DNA of 64,000 bases from Thermoplasmatota archaeon (GTDB lineage: Archaea > Thermoplasmatota > Penumbrarchaeia > JANQNL01): the NCBI GenBank assembly GCA_028279585.1, contig JANQNL010000039.1, positions 4,132 through 68,131 on the forward strand, given 5' to 3'. The first letter of the stretch is position 1. Every line of letters begins with the position of its first letter. The position numbers and the translations under genes were made by a program. Under the pieces are notes generated by a model. It worked only from the letters and a program-made list of their open reading frames with translations. It was not told the origin of the DNA and did no database searches. This document shows positions 23,701-27,841 of the stretch, one piece after another.

Positions 23701-23981
23701 AATCTGTACAATGGCCCTATAATATCTGTGTTCAACTTAACAGAGAAACCATTTCCTTTTGCTTCATATTCAAAGGTCTCATCTTCGATCTCATGAAAGT
23801 TCGTATCGAGAAATATCGTTCCTGGTGGGAATGAATAGATTTCCTTGAATACAGGTCCTTCAGTTCCAATCTCTTTCTCTTCAGCCTTAACGAACATCGA
23901 GAGATGGTTCACTCCGACGGTCATTAAAACTACGATAAACAAGCAGCAAGCAACGTGGCTCAACTTCAGCGTTCTAAACAT
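8709..23981 (-). CDS. Giant secreted multi-domain surface protein (about 5,090 aa) with C-terminal metzincin-type metalloprotease motif
   Basis: Uninterrupted frame. The ATG at 23981 gives 'MFRTLKLSHVACCLFIVVLMTVGVNHLSMFVKA' (signal/anchor); the 71 codons upstream look non-coding. The domain order read from the translation is given in the sub-features below. A propeller-like repeat block lies at about 15850-16780, and CBM-like modules at about 15000-15600 and 17000-18000. Confidence 0.85.
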   Translation of the reverse strand: MFRTLKLSHVACCLFIVVLMTVGVNHLSMFVKAEEKEIGTEGPVFKEIYSFPPGTIFLDTNFHEIEDETFEYEAKGNGFSVKLNTDIIGPLYRFTNGTLHYDLYLSTLETTSVVVNYEELFTTVQCDENDTGDLNGTKKVRTEINTTYYLTCNVHEPNGSIEVAGNKFIITDIYPGIDLIGEVGLFGFKDDYIIRDFSAGDKDYVISANIRYPSDSTFSGNGLNRGSDTILLKEPVMYDGSDNFNSQESLIHDFSPRSGFAMLGFSEETMTIEVPNDRIDRKYLPLHIDPISSPVTTSLYYRNETIVQNSNLTIADGGLLILDKCTLLMNSTTTDTYKIKVQSGGEFGIYNSTTVMAFNESLPYSFVYEHGSQGCINTSLIRDHGQDGHGLNVSSDDVYVYYSTIQNSSSSGILVYESCPGIETCWIHNNTDEGIVIGRATAPTIESCIIENNVIGIRFENNSWHQNMSYDLFDMMSGLVISDGKLQLGLVPVDGSYLNEDCDDHEEWSPSASNAANKYIYDFAQGAPYGQFVGYAASGNHLVNTYDPEVIDKQMTAEFLLKSDELPDKTDGGNNMGASWSMKNGQKMVNVFFKEGRVSHLKTGSTFETCDTELSTADSEFHLIRLCTNTTTEITKLFIDGELVTTFSGSFYGWGGGDGAMQFGPKANSCTGSTKSYWDWILLDKDEFLDDRATSGYAITDPISLPDNSKWGELILSKTENNLSLVKVSLLDDNSNPISGYQDLSSSKIDLSSLDHFTHSSIILRFDLENNSEGVYLEDFFITYAPCNYEAVAFSSSGDIATNTTGISVVNDVMSTKRTYSHATSDNPVCVYHMDENTGTSISEAWDGHDGTASGTSWVTGVYGSAQEFSSGDYISVSDHDDLDPLTQLTVEAWIYPTTFSGDGSSGGNTIISKWYSSPDGQFLLTTYNGGYLKLSISDGTTREMLISDAGILSTDQWYHVAATYNGSYMRLFVDGRMVAESSTSVSSLIDSEYTDDDLYIGSLRGLSQWTFIGTIDEVKMSYRTEDMTIPRYLHENRSVEQNQIMNLHLDQSSGTTATDETGYTTATVAGASWDTTGGLFNGALDLDGTGDYIWIDMNSSSMRDSDAEGTIEMWLLPDDNSASTQYLFHGSNNRNRRLYLNNSNIVAELYHHSTGYESLTADISNKEGWFHVAYHWCIDDGIAGSEAFRMDLYVDGHLKDTKRLDATTGVAKNNHYFIGRPGPGTYGNCYSGLLDDVQIYNVERRFNDCSGPYIDTTNTVGLFHFDRDGGTTAQNHGTGSNGSITNALWETGRYGPGLYFDGDGDYVNAGTMDLGNKGTIETWFKLDDSWTDDSDGIMTLVGGYSTDESYSIELNEFDDGALSFNFSGEYDEFILSTYQTFWKKEVWYHVSIVWDGYTYFLYVNGSLISMYSSQDEPSSMDWYIGQLGSSGNNDYQGFLDEVRFSSINRTGSLQMYEENARTIAINRSSWEDYEGVYLLSEESDTASISFAVENASGGVIEETTGSEVSLSTTEISIYINVSIELIGDVMASVSGLYVTYTDGVSSCTIRDNDIGISMGETDADVTSMSVTDCDYGVVTLNTTGSISGVTASTCDIAGVKSLYSYIDVASCNLSDNPIGFHGFCDASSISSTTFGDNDNGTLLENGSVSVISGTFTTNNHSIYSDNSEPRIENSDITGANRNDVYSVSGSFVSLLDCDYSEDAFQIDATSHIGEVWDVTVSPYDKPEWQDNTTPRNHWTFDEMHWVESKYMTYDSSVTDNSGEIEGLHPVNDLENGMVGDCFVFDGVDDWVDVGDIDFLDAPEHFTMAMWFRRDIDRDGVSRDTGHSINNVLISQGSSTDNDNFELGTEGSNIELYFDTSDKDGTLSQDIGIQDDTWYHLALTYNEDDTSAETKVYLNGEKVHTWGDWGGSVDSSGTSALSFGISRPDNQKAGDFSGAIDDVRIYDEALNSGQIAYLATNRDTDHYLQVFDESGNRTDIMHTEGDGTDSLTTYLTEKEFKGATVSWEYRTPYNFTVGNDNQFYAQIFDSSNFNVKLGGDSDGDWFDDANESTEEIHLFQAVDFVNSSKYYGGGAVQLSTDDSIFDDLFPINQTGYYKFMVRAKLINTSTTADLKLRALLDSSEISANTTFPVDDYWKWFQTQPFRVEELSGYLQLIAYDSTDNQAIAVDDILLIRSHEDGANPTSPTSVQMGQYSIPYLYDTDSDGVMDGIESTSTQLWYEAEYYPYTGHTDITTNISCENGKMIYAESPDTVFVEIESIPFDSGDSYEVWIRAMGTGSPAYEIWTNISELTSSDIEPTEHYEPEWDRLIFQASQSEYTLQIKRTAGTVYVDRIMIVKQDDMFSDDFYNNGVVDEDEDLTFDTDGENDDISIQFDWNDYVSSAYFEFDEATPTVHTLQNVSTDIAIGNRIDSYENYVVYDYSSDIYLYDITDEMTSNPLTIGYTDTTNTEAAIHGDFIAYIGYVTSGTVYSLNLYQISTGETTLLFESTTSISDLDIYGDYLVWQEGSYSIKFYDFNGDIDGDGTPNYKEGDEESWDITVASSASEFGHPRIWCNLVTYVEDTNQSTSELKGSYYSFSGDIEEDEQDDEGIDMHEMTFIDNEKIIRHEIDDGRIVFCRLDGSTYGTYVYDIMHQTLTSIGSSSMDPHPNIEGSKVIYRHNGRSSINVTDIVDGTEVSVTQSTSSATSLTIYNGQCLFKDGTNELSSILRQYSLEIDDLEIWNHTGIFTGAEKSINFAAYLNAYEDDTLGTREVPLFFKSDFHYTTSEETLDIEEFWMYKDNSTDPLCIDSDGDGMDDGEEYLEAWGCDIIEFEDAVEFKEWGHYMNTEESDEYSAKTETRFDAGAYFYQTGVNIRSSIHEEYDSGNEIIQDSYVSLLYEAPVTGTYSVEISPRNGPDMIKTAEVDIYGYRLVNEGNPIPVRLEDQAIYLTDDEEWYVEAVADSCTYVEISTSSGTTRTPLTSSQSCSLQAAELIYDPYDWEATRNLSAKVSYAFTCTYEWVEGIEYYIKVGVDLNKLPDHLDPDLKTTMGEYSSVPDDMNFEHVYALEIMDLDRAHMTRVGLDGMCRDTDGDEINDTIEAYLEWYPLNDDPDDDGIDDKTEIDTLGTDPGYRDSDFDGIRDGVELGYNSSVVGDDTSPGSWTERICHNGDPFDHTPINNYDSNASSTTDPLNPDTDNDGLCDGWRDGWSYRTNAYLESNDDFDSPLDDYGFVVRTMATKQIDSMGRFSYRYDERLWGYYGIADNLVQVYEGEDLNCDGNTATLSGWGFNTLTKEFDGSYGETDNKADDTDSDLMPDGWEVWYATREEYKDQTGNYLLNPNDNSDANNDIDEPTETNLANGIDGQQPEVVSNPDNVIMQYVNLTHPDGGYFQVAAFRLPVNLDGGSIPVFEIWSDGRTNQAYSSDRPFNMIYKTDNATNEGSVLYYAVPDEILTYDVLEELNGEIWIGLRYNEATFTWYKNDRSGAPPPPPPLNLSDTAMYDYGGGWQYMTTTPSPDYHYTNMSYTIVYNDFSNAGDGLTNLEEFIIGTHPKLKNSDVYDDLDDGEEVCGVLGTITTSTPRKIIFRTNVVNGSLSPLAYEDVTTNDWIHYDGDHDASWTGAFSAKNYSYVANKDSLPNDSKQILTLGYGSPIYLWSNTSGNDTILIPDLYSTGWYYEFINSSAGSLDMTSYNVSDNNGYWRNKQLYFSDPCHWDSDNDGINDDDELYWDKNNDSYTSGRELSELGYDPACNVYDPDSDNDGINDGSEPDWNEDQTGQGLDPDTDENMVDADADGDGVWDGWEVFGLADRDGDGLKGTCDADSDNDGLPDGWVDGKIWDPVVEWFVDYSSITRGTDMPASQTSDSFDPWEGEDEDRDGVLEGDTDLDGVMDEDETWNETNPWNEDSDEDGLWDGFDIVDSNDVWFCGELYNSNSTRNRTSTTNQSGYLESTNATDTDSDDDSLSDHIEAFGFYLTRYITRVTTSGINESLGYFVYSNPMNTDSDSDNITDYDEYHNSTNPNSNDTDEDGLDDWKELSRGINPRSFDSDGDFIPDAWTDGYWRFDVNDWRVDSDRIDGVKDPWEGEDLDGDGVWDEDEETDFNNSDTDDDGIKDGGEYFYRMDSPKWYLNDEGTRTILAPDRAARTYANSTLSGTWADPDDDDIPNALDTDSDNDGRDDGEESSDKDGWAGAWYGGTNTTDNIYYTEAWETLPYVYDSDGDGLNDGNDILSGGKLYWLGDIDGDGLCNGMDRDSDGDGLLDNSSTEQLFDYVNALDPNNVQSSLDTDQDGLLNILEDSNQNGSYESDVDYSDFNDVDTDDDGLNDSQEFGNGTSPKSDDTDFDGLTDYHELLTSGTNPIMPDSDRDCLLDGYDVNITSPSDSRIEFFDQFGIYKNSSTCPIKYYGEKSQHNGFDPTDALNDDSDSDGIEDGDEVIGDAPGTTTYFTDPTDSDTDGDYLQDRNEIVFDQTDPLDVDSDNDGLPDGWIDGWGYDETQTGHTQSISGWGCYFSTNGLPSMWEMESRYVVDNLDSTTSSTWNQNNIDVSDFATDPTSTDSDEDNVSESEEYHQGLEKNNWDTDGDGFDDSEDYYPAMKEVNLAVKILAIEASSNNYGTEAGDVDAPDWDVYVIDIDEQEQTSKLSWRSDEYCVYNSLVASFSFDHNEQYSGYKIRLWDSDSTDVYDEADITGGTGSELNIYYDHATGLWSDINPAMHEQYILPNEGCYVYNEKFVQDNFRYDAGLGVTSGYGGDNDQWATLYFEIYPCDPDSPDDYGDRDWDGLSQKAEWDFWGTDIIGVGSNDTDRDGIPDGYDCIHGLYMTGWESGTSKDIVIDDANLLADGEHGSFGDPDNDGISNLDEYKFRDYGLNPNRKDVAIEIDWYDDLYLNHYPFRTSYKMNSIVKYYSNIAFLEHDIGLHIDDGSENWGKDVFSYTGVNNEGGGSVYWDDSPGNFGDADETFYSYHHFTEGRDNVFHYAVFCHRLADKELGRAKPAFNGEDGGFEFWIPMGYLKGLSASDKEFTMDFMHELGHNFNLDHPIDNGNKQIGYQQRSCMYTGLYPCNTYSNHSQFGNASLAGVQYKNINEWEWISTHLWLSLNYDSNLKRASGRAQLCM
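8943..8975 (-). other. Metzincin zinc-binding motif HELGHNFNLDH, followed by Met-turn-like 'SCMYT'
   Basis: Reverse complement of 8943-8975 reads CAT GAA CTT GGT CAT AAT TTC AAT CTT GAT CAT. 'RSCMYTG' lies 17 residues later. This is an HExxHxxGxxH pattern with N in place of G. Confidence 0.65.
9480..14800 (-). repeat. Array of thrombospondin-type-3-like calcium-binding repeats (DxDxDGxxDxxE) within the giant gene
   Basis: Dozens of units such as 'DSDNDGINDGSE', 'DTDNDGLCDGW', 'DSDFDGIRDGVE', 'DTDRDGIPDGYD' and 'DPDNDGISNLDE'. Confidence 0.8.
18100..21500 (-). other. LamG / concanavalin-A-like lectin modules (at least 4), interrupted by a second beta-helix-like segment (about 18850-19350)
   Basis: Repeated pattern of '..G.A..FDG.DDY(V/I)..', then 'WYH(V/L)A..', then '..LYVDG..' or '..(Y/L)(V/L)NG..', ending in '(I/L)D(E/D)V(K/R/Q)(M/I/F)(S/Y)'. 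Examples are 'TIDEVKMSY', 'LLDDVQIYN', 'FLDEVRFSS' and 'AIDDVRIYD'. Confidence 0.6.
22570..23090 (-). other. Right-handed parallel beta-helix-like repeats
   Basis: 'SGILVYESCPGIETCWIHNNTDEGIVIGRATAPTIESCIIENNVIGIRFENN' shows the PbH1-type repeat (I..N...GI.). Confidence 0.55.
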
Positions 23982-24301
23982 CAATGTAGTCCCCCCTACA
24001 CGAATTGAAGGAGGGTTCTCACGAGTTAAGTATTGATTTGAACATAATTTTGATAGATACTTCAAAATTCTTACGTTGGTGTCCAATAATAGGGGCCCAC
24101 CGTATGAGAATTGATATCGTGAAGCCGATTTCGCGTTATCTATCTCGTGGAGAGGGGATACGAAGGACCACCTTAACAATTGACATCGTAACATATAAGG
24201 TGATTTGAACGACTCTTTTATTGTGATGGTTTTCGAAAAAATGAGACATACAATAGGAGAGAAAAGAAAGCATTAATTAGTCTATCCGCAACTCCCACCT
24301 C

Positions 24302-25954
24302 ATGGACCAGATGGCAGAGTTCGCCCTCGCGTTCTTTTCCGAACTAGTGCGAACCAGACCATCAGACAAGCAAGGCGTCCACGCTATCAAGATGGAACTT
24401 CTCCGCGAGATCTGCCTGGACAAGGTCCCCTCTGACGCAGACCTCATGAAGTTTGCCCCTTCGGACCTTGACCCAGAGCTTCGCGAAGTCATGAAGAAGA
24501 AGGCGTCCAGGACCATGTCCGGTGTGGCCGTTGTCGCTGTGATGACCTCGCCCGAGGAGTGTCCGCACGGCAAGTGCATCTTCTGCCCAGGAGGTATGGA
24601 CAACGGCACTCCCCAGAGCTATACTGGTAGAGAGCCTGCGGCCATGCGTGCTGCAGACAACTTCTACGATCCGTTCGACCAGGTAACGTCCAGGCTCCGG
24701 CAGTACAAGGAGACAGGCCACAGCACCGACAAGGTGGACATGATCATCATGGGAGGAACGTTCCCTGCACGAGAACTCGAGTATCAGCGGGAGTTCATCA
24801 AGCGATGCTACGATGCTCTGAACGAGCAGGATAGCTCTAGTCTCGAGGAGGCGATGGAGCTCAATTCGAAGGACGCTCCGCATAAATGCATCGGGTTGAC
24901 CGTGGAGACCAGACCGGACCATTGCCTCGAGGAGCATGTCCAGATAATGCTCGACTATGGGACGACGCGGGTGGAGCTTGGTGTGCAGACCTTGGACGAT
25001 AACGTCCTCGAGGCTGTGGATCGGGGCCACACGCTTGATGATACGGTCCGTGCGACCAAGGCGCTCAAGGATGCTGGGATCAAGGTATGTTACCACATGA
25101 TGCCTGGGCTACCGAGCGTTGTGCTCGATCAGTTCAGGGTAGAGATGGAGACGCTGTTCTCTGACGAACGCTTCAAGCCAGACATGCTCAAGATCTATCC
25201 GACCCTTGTGATCAAGGGGACCAAGCTCTACGAGATGTATGAGGCTGGAGAGTATGTCCCATCATCCCAGTTCGAGCTGGTCGAGGTCCTCGCTGACATC
25301 AAGGCGGAGCTTCCCTCGTGGGTCAGGATCCAGAGGATCCAGCGCGACATCCCATCCCAGCTGATCGAAGCCGGGAACAGGGCTTCGAACCTTCGACAGC
25401 TGGTCCAGAAGGAGCTGGAGGAGCGGGGGGAAAGGTGTGGCTGCATCCGCTGTCGTGAGGTGGGATTGAGCACGAAACGTCCTGAGGACCTGCGGGAGCT
25501 GGAGGTCAGGTATCCTGCTTCAGGAGGGCAGGAGGTTTTCCTTTCGCTTGAGTCTTTGGAACCTCCGGTGATCGTTGGGTATTGCAGGCTCCGTTTCAAT
25601 AATCTGCCATCTCCAGATAGTGAGGCGGCCGAGCAGGTGAGGGGGGGAGGGGCCCGAGCCAGCGGAGGCCGCTGGGGGGAGGATGGTGGGTCTGGTGGGG
25701 ACTCTTCAGATATGGTCGCCACCATCCGTGAGCTCAAGGTCTTCGGTGAGTCCGTCCCAATAGCGACCACCAAGGACGAGGCCTGGCAGCACAAGGGCGT
25801 TGGAAAGAGGCTCATGGAGCGCGCCGAAGAACTTGCAGACAAGGAAGGTTACTCGAACTTGCGGGTCCTAAGTGGGGTTGGAGTGCGGGCCTATTACGGT
25901 GCACTGGGTTACCATCTGGACGGCCATTACATGGTAAAGGACCTTTCAGGCTGA
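24302..25954 (+). CDS. elp3: Elp3-type radical SAM / GNAT tRNA modification enzyme
   Basis: Radical-SAM cluster region 'CPHGKCIFCPGG', 'IIMGGTF', 'VELGVQTLDD', and a C-terminal GNAT 'RELKVFGE..WQHKGVGKRLM..AE'. It contains a Gly-rich insertion (see findings). Confidence 0.9.
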   Translation: MDQMAEFALAFFSELVRTRPSDKQGVHAIKMELLREICLDKVPSDADLMKFAPSDLDPELREVMKKKASRTMSGVAVVAVMTSPEECPHGKCIFCPGGMDNGTPQSYTGREPAAMRAADNFYDPFDQVTSRLRQYKETGHSTDKVDMIIMGGTFPARELEYQREFIKRCYDALNEQDSSSLEEAMELNSKDAPHKCIGLTVETRPDHCLEEHVQIMLDYGTTRVELGVQTLDDNVLEAVDRGHTLDDTVRATKALKDAGIKVCYHMMPGLPSVVLDQFRVEMETLFSDERFKPDMLKIYPTLVIKGTKLYEMYEAGEYVPSSQFELVEVLADIKAELPSWVRIQRIQRDIPSQLIEAGNRASNLRQLVQKELEERGERCGCIRCREVGLSTKRPEDLRELEVRYPASGGQEVFLSLESLEPPVIVGYCRLRFNNLPSPDSEAAEQVRGGGARASGGRWGEDGGSGGDSSDMVATIRELKVFGESVPIATTKDEAWQHKGVGKRLMERAEELADKEGYSNLRVLSGVGVRAYYGALGYHLDGHYMVKDLSG

Positions 25955-26116
25955 ATTTGCACTTTTTTTCTAAAAAACAAGATTCCAGTGTCTTTATTCA
26001 ATACTGAATTTGGGTAACACTTATATGGAGGAGGTCCGATTGAAGCCGTCCCTTCATTGATCTCAACTTTGACGGTGGATAACAAAGTTGAAGCCAGTCA
26101 ATTTTGAGAGACGCCA

Positions 26117-26149
26117 GATTTTGATCCGCAATACGACCATATCAAAATC
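26117..26149. promoter_or_regulatory. Inverted repeat GATTTTGAT-N15-ATCAAAATC upstream of glnA
   Basis: Perfect 9-bp arms, 33-65 nt before the glnA ATG. The same ATTTTGAT/ATCAAAAT half-site recurs in the hairpin at the glnA stop codon. Confidence 0.35.
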
Positions 26150-26181
26150 AGGCTGGATGGGAAGGTAGGGACGTGGTATTT

Positions 26182-27609
26182 ATGGCCGGCATCGATGATG
26201 CAAAAGCAAACATGAAAAGATCTGGTGTAAGGTGGATCGAGACGCATTTCGTCGATCTTGACGGAAGGCTCCGATCAATGACCAAGGGGATCGGTGAATA
26301 TCTCGACGGTGACGCCCTCGAGATCGGGACGAACTTTGATGGCTCTTCTGTGGGACTAGCTCCTGTCAACGCTTCAGACATGCTGCTGAAGCCAGATCCG
26401 GATACCTTCCTCCCCCTGCCATGGAAAAGCGCTGCTGGTCCTATGGCCAGGATCATGTGCGACATCTATGACCCTGTCAACAACAAGCCCTTCGAGGGAT
26501 GCCCACGTTCTGTTGCAAAAAAGATAGATGCCCGAGCAAAGAGGATGGGATTCAACAGACCCACGATGTCCCCTGAGCTCGAGTTCACTGTGTTCGAGTC
26601 CATGACAGACGCCATGATCCAGAACGACTTCTGGAGCAAAGATGCAAAGCTCGGACTTGGAGCTGCTTACCTGCTCCCGAACATCCTGGGTGACTGGTCC
26701 GGCGGGGACTACTTCACACCTGCAAAGGGTGGATACCTCAGGGCCGACCCAGATGACGATACTGCGGATTTCAGGAACCACTTCTCTTCAACGCTATCAG
26801 ATCTCGGTGTCCCACTGCGTTACCACCATCACGAGATGGGTGGTAAGCAGATAGAGATCGAGTTCAAGATGATGGACAACACGCTTGTGACTGGTGACAT
26901 CGCTGTCCTTTACAAGTACGTCTCCAGGATAGTTGCCAAGAGCCATGACCTGATGGTCACGTACATGCCAAAGCCTATCATGGGTGACGCTGGAAGCGGC
27001 ATGCACCTGCACATGGAGCTGATGAAGGGCAAGGAGTCCGCGTTCTTTGACGAGAAGGACAAGCACAACCTTTCACAGGATGCATACTACTTCATCGGCG
27101 GCCTATTGGAGCATGCACGTGGCATATGCGCCTTCACGAACCCGACGATCAACTCCTACAGGAGAATGGTCCCTCACTTCGAGGCTCCGATGGATATTGC
27201 GTGGTCACCTGCCAACAGGTCCACCATGGTCAGGATCCCGGCCCGCAGGGGCGACACCAGATCCATCCATGTGGAGGCCAGGCAGGCTGATACTTCAGCA
27301 AATCCTTACTACTGTTACTCACTGCTTCTCGCTGCCGGACTTGATGGTATCAAGAAGAAGATCAGTCCAGGCAAGGCTTTCACTGGTGACGTCTTCGAGC
27401 TCACCGATGCCGAGAAGAAGAAGGAGGGCATGGACTCGCTGCCGACGAACCTCAAGGAATCATTGGAAGCACTCGATTCTGATGACCTCGCTGTGAAGCT
27501 CATCGGCAAGGATACTGTGGAGAGGTTCAAGGAGAAGAAGATGCGGGAGTGGGAATACTTCTCTGCGTATGTGAGTCCGTGGGATTTCTATCAGTATTTT
27601 GATATTTGA
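26182..27609 (+). CDS. glnA: Glutamine synthetase, type I
   Basis: 'FVDLDGRLRS', 'PELEFTVF', 'HHHEMGGKQIEIEF', 'KPIMGDAGSGMHLHMEL', 'NSYRRMVPHFEAP' and 'NRSTMVRIP' are canonical GS blocks. ATG at 26182; the track start at 26173 is a GTG. Confidence 0.92.
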   Translation: MAGIDDAKANMKRSGVRWIETHFVDLDGRLRSMTKGIGEYLDGDALEIGTNFDGSSVGLAPVNASDMLLKPDPDTFLPLPWKSAAGPMARIMCDIYDPVNNKPFEGCPRSVAKKIDARAKRMGFNRPTMSPELEFTVFESMTDAMIQNDFWSKDAKLGLGAAYLLPNILGDWSGGDYFTPAKGGYLRADPDDDTADFRNHFSSTLSDLGVPLRYHHHEMGGKQIEIEFKMMDNTLVTGDIAVLYKYVSRIVAKSHDLMVTYMPKPIMGDAGSGMHLHMELMKGKESAFFDEKDKHNLSQDAYYFIGGLLEHARGICAFTNPTINSYRRMVPHFEAPMDIAWSPANRSTMVRIPARRGDTRSIHVEARQADTSANPYYCYSLLLAAGLDGIKKKISPGKAFTGDVFELTDAEKKKEGMDSLPTNLKESLEALDSDDLAVKLIGKDTVERFKEKKMREWEYFSAYVSPWDFYQYFDI

Positions 27610-27638
27610 TGGCAATTGCCGGATCAAAATACTGATAG
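27588..27638. terminator. 16-bp perfect hairpin spanning the glnA stop codon
   Basis: CTATCAGTATTTTGAT (27588-27603) pairs with ATCAAAATACTGATAG (27623-27638). The 19-nt spacer contains its own palindrome GGCAATTGCC. The stop codon TGA is at 27607-27609. Confidence 0.5.
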
Positions 27639-27841
27639 GCCAGCCGTATCGCGTTAGTAGGCTATACCGAAGATACGGTAGGGTCTCGCAGTTTCCGAAA
27701 CATTACTAGCAATACGAGGAAACTGTCGAGGTCATTCCAATTATCCACTCACCAACCGCATCTTCTCTATATATTTGGTATGAGTCATGCACAGTACCTT
27801 AATTACCCCAAACCACATTTCCCCCAACGGGGGGAGTACCA

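Noticed and set aside
23982-24194. 71-codon N-terminal extension of the giant ORF.
   Set aside because: The signal-peptide-like sequence starts at the ATG at 23981, with a G-rich RBS-like run upstream. The extension has no hydrophobic or conserved character.
4100-24280. Calling the whole low-GC stretch (islet plus giant gene) an integrated mobile element or provirus.
   Set aside because: I found no integrase, transposase, capsid/terminase-like genes, att-type direct repeats or flanking tRNA. The giant gene's lower GC is at least partly due to its Asp/Asn/Thr/Ser/Tyr-rich composition.
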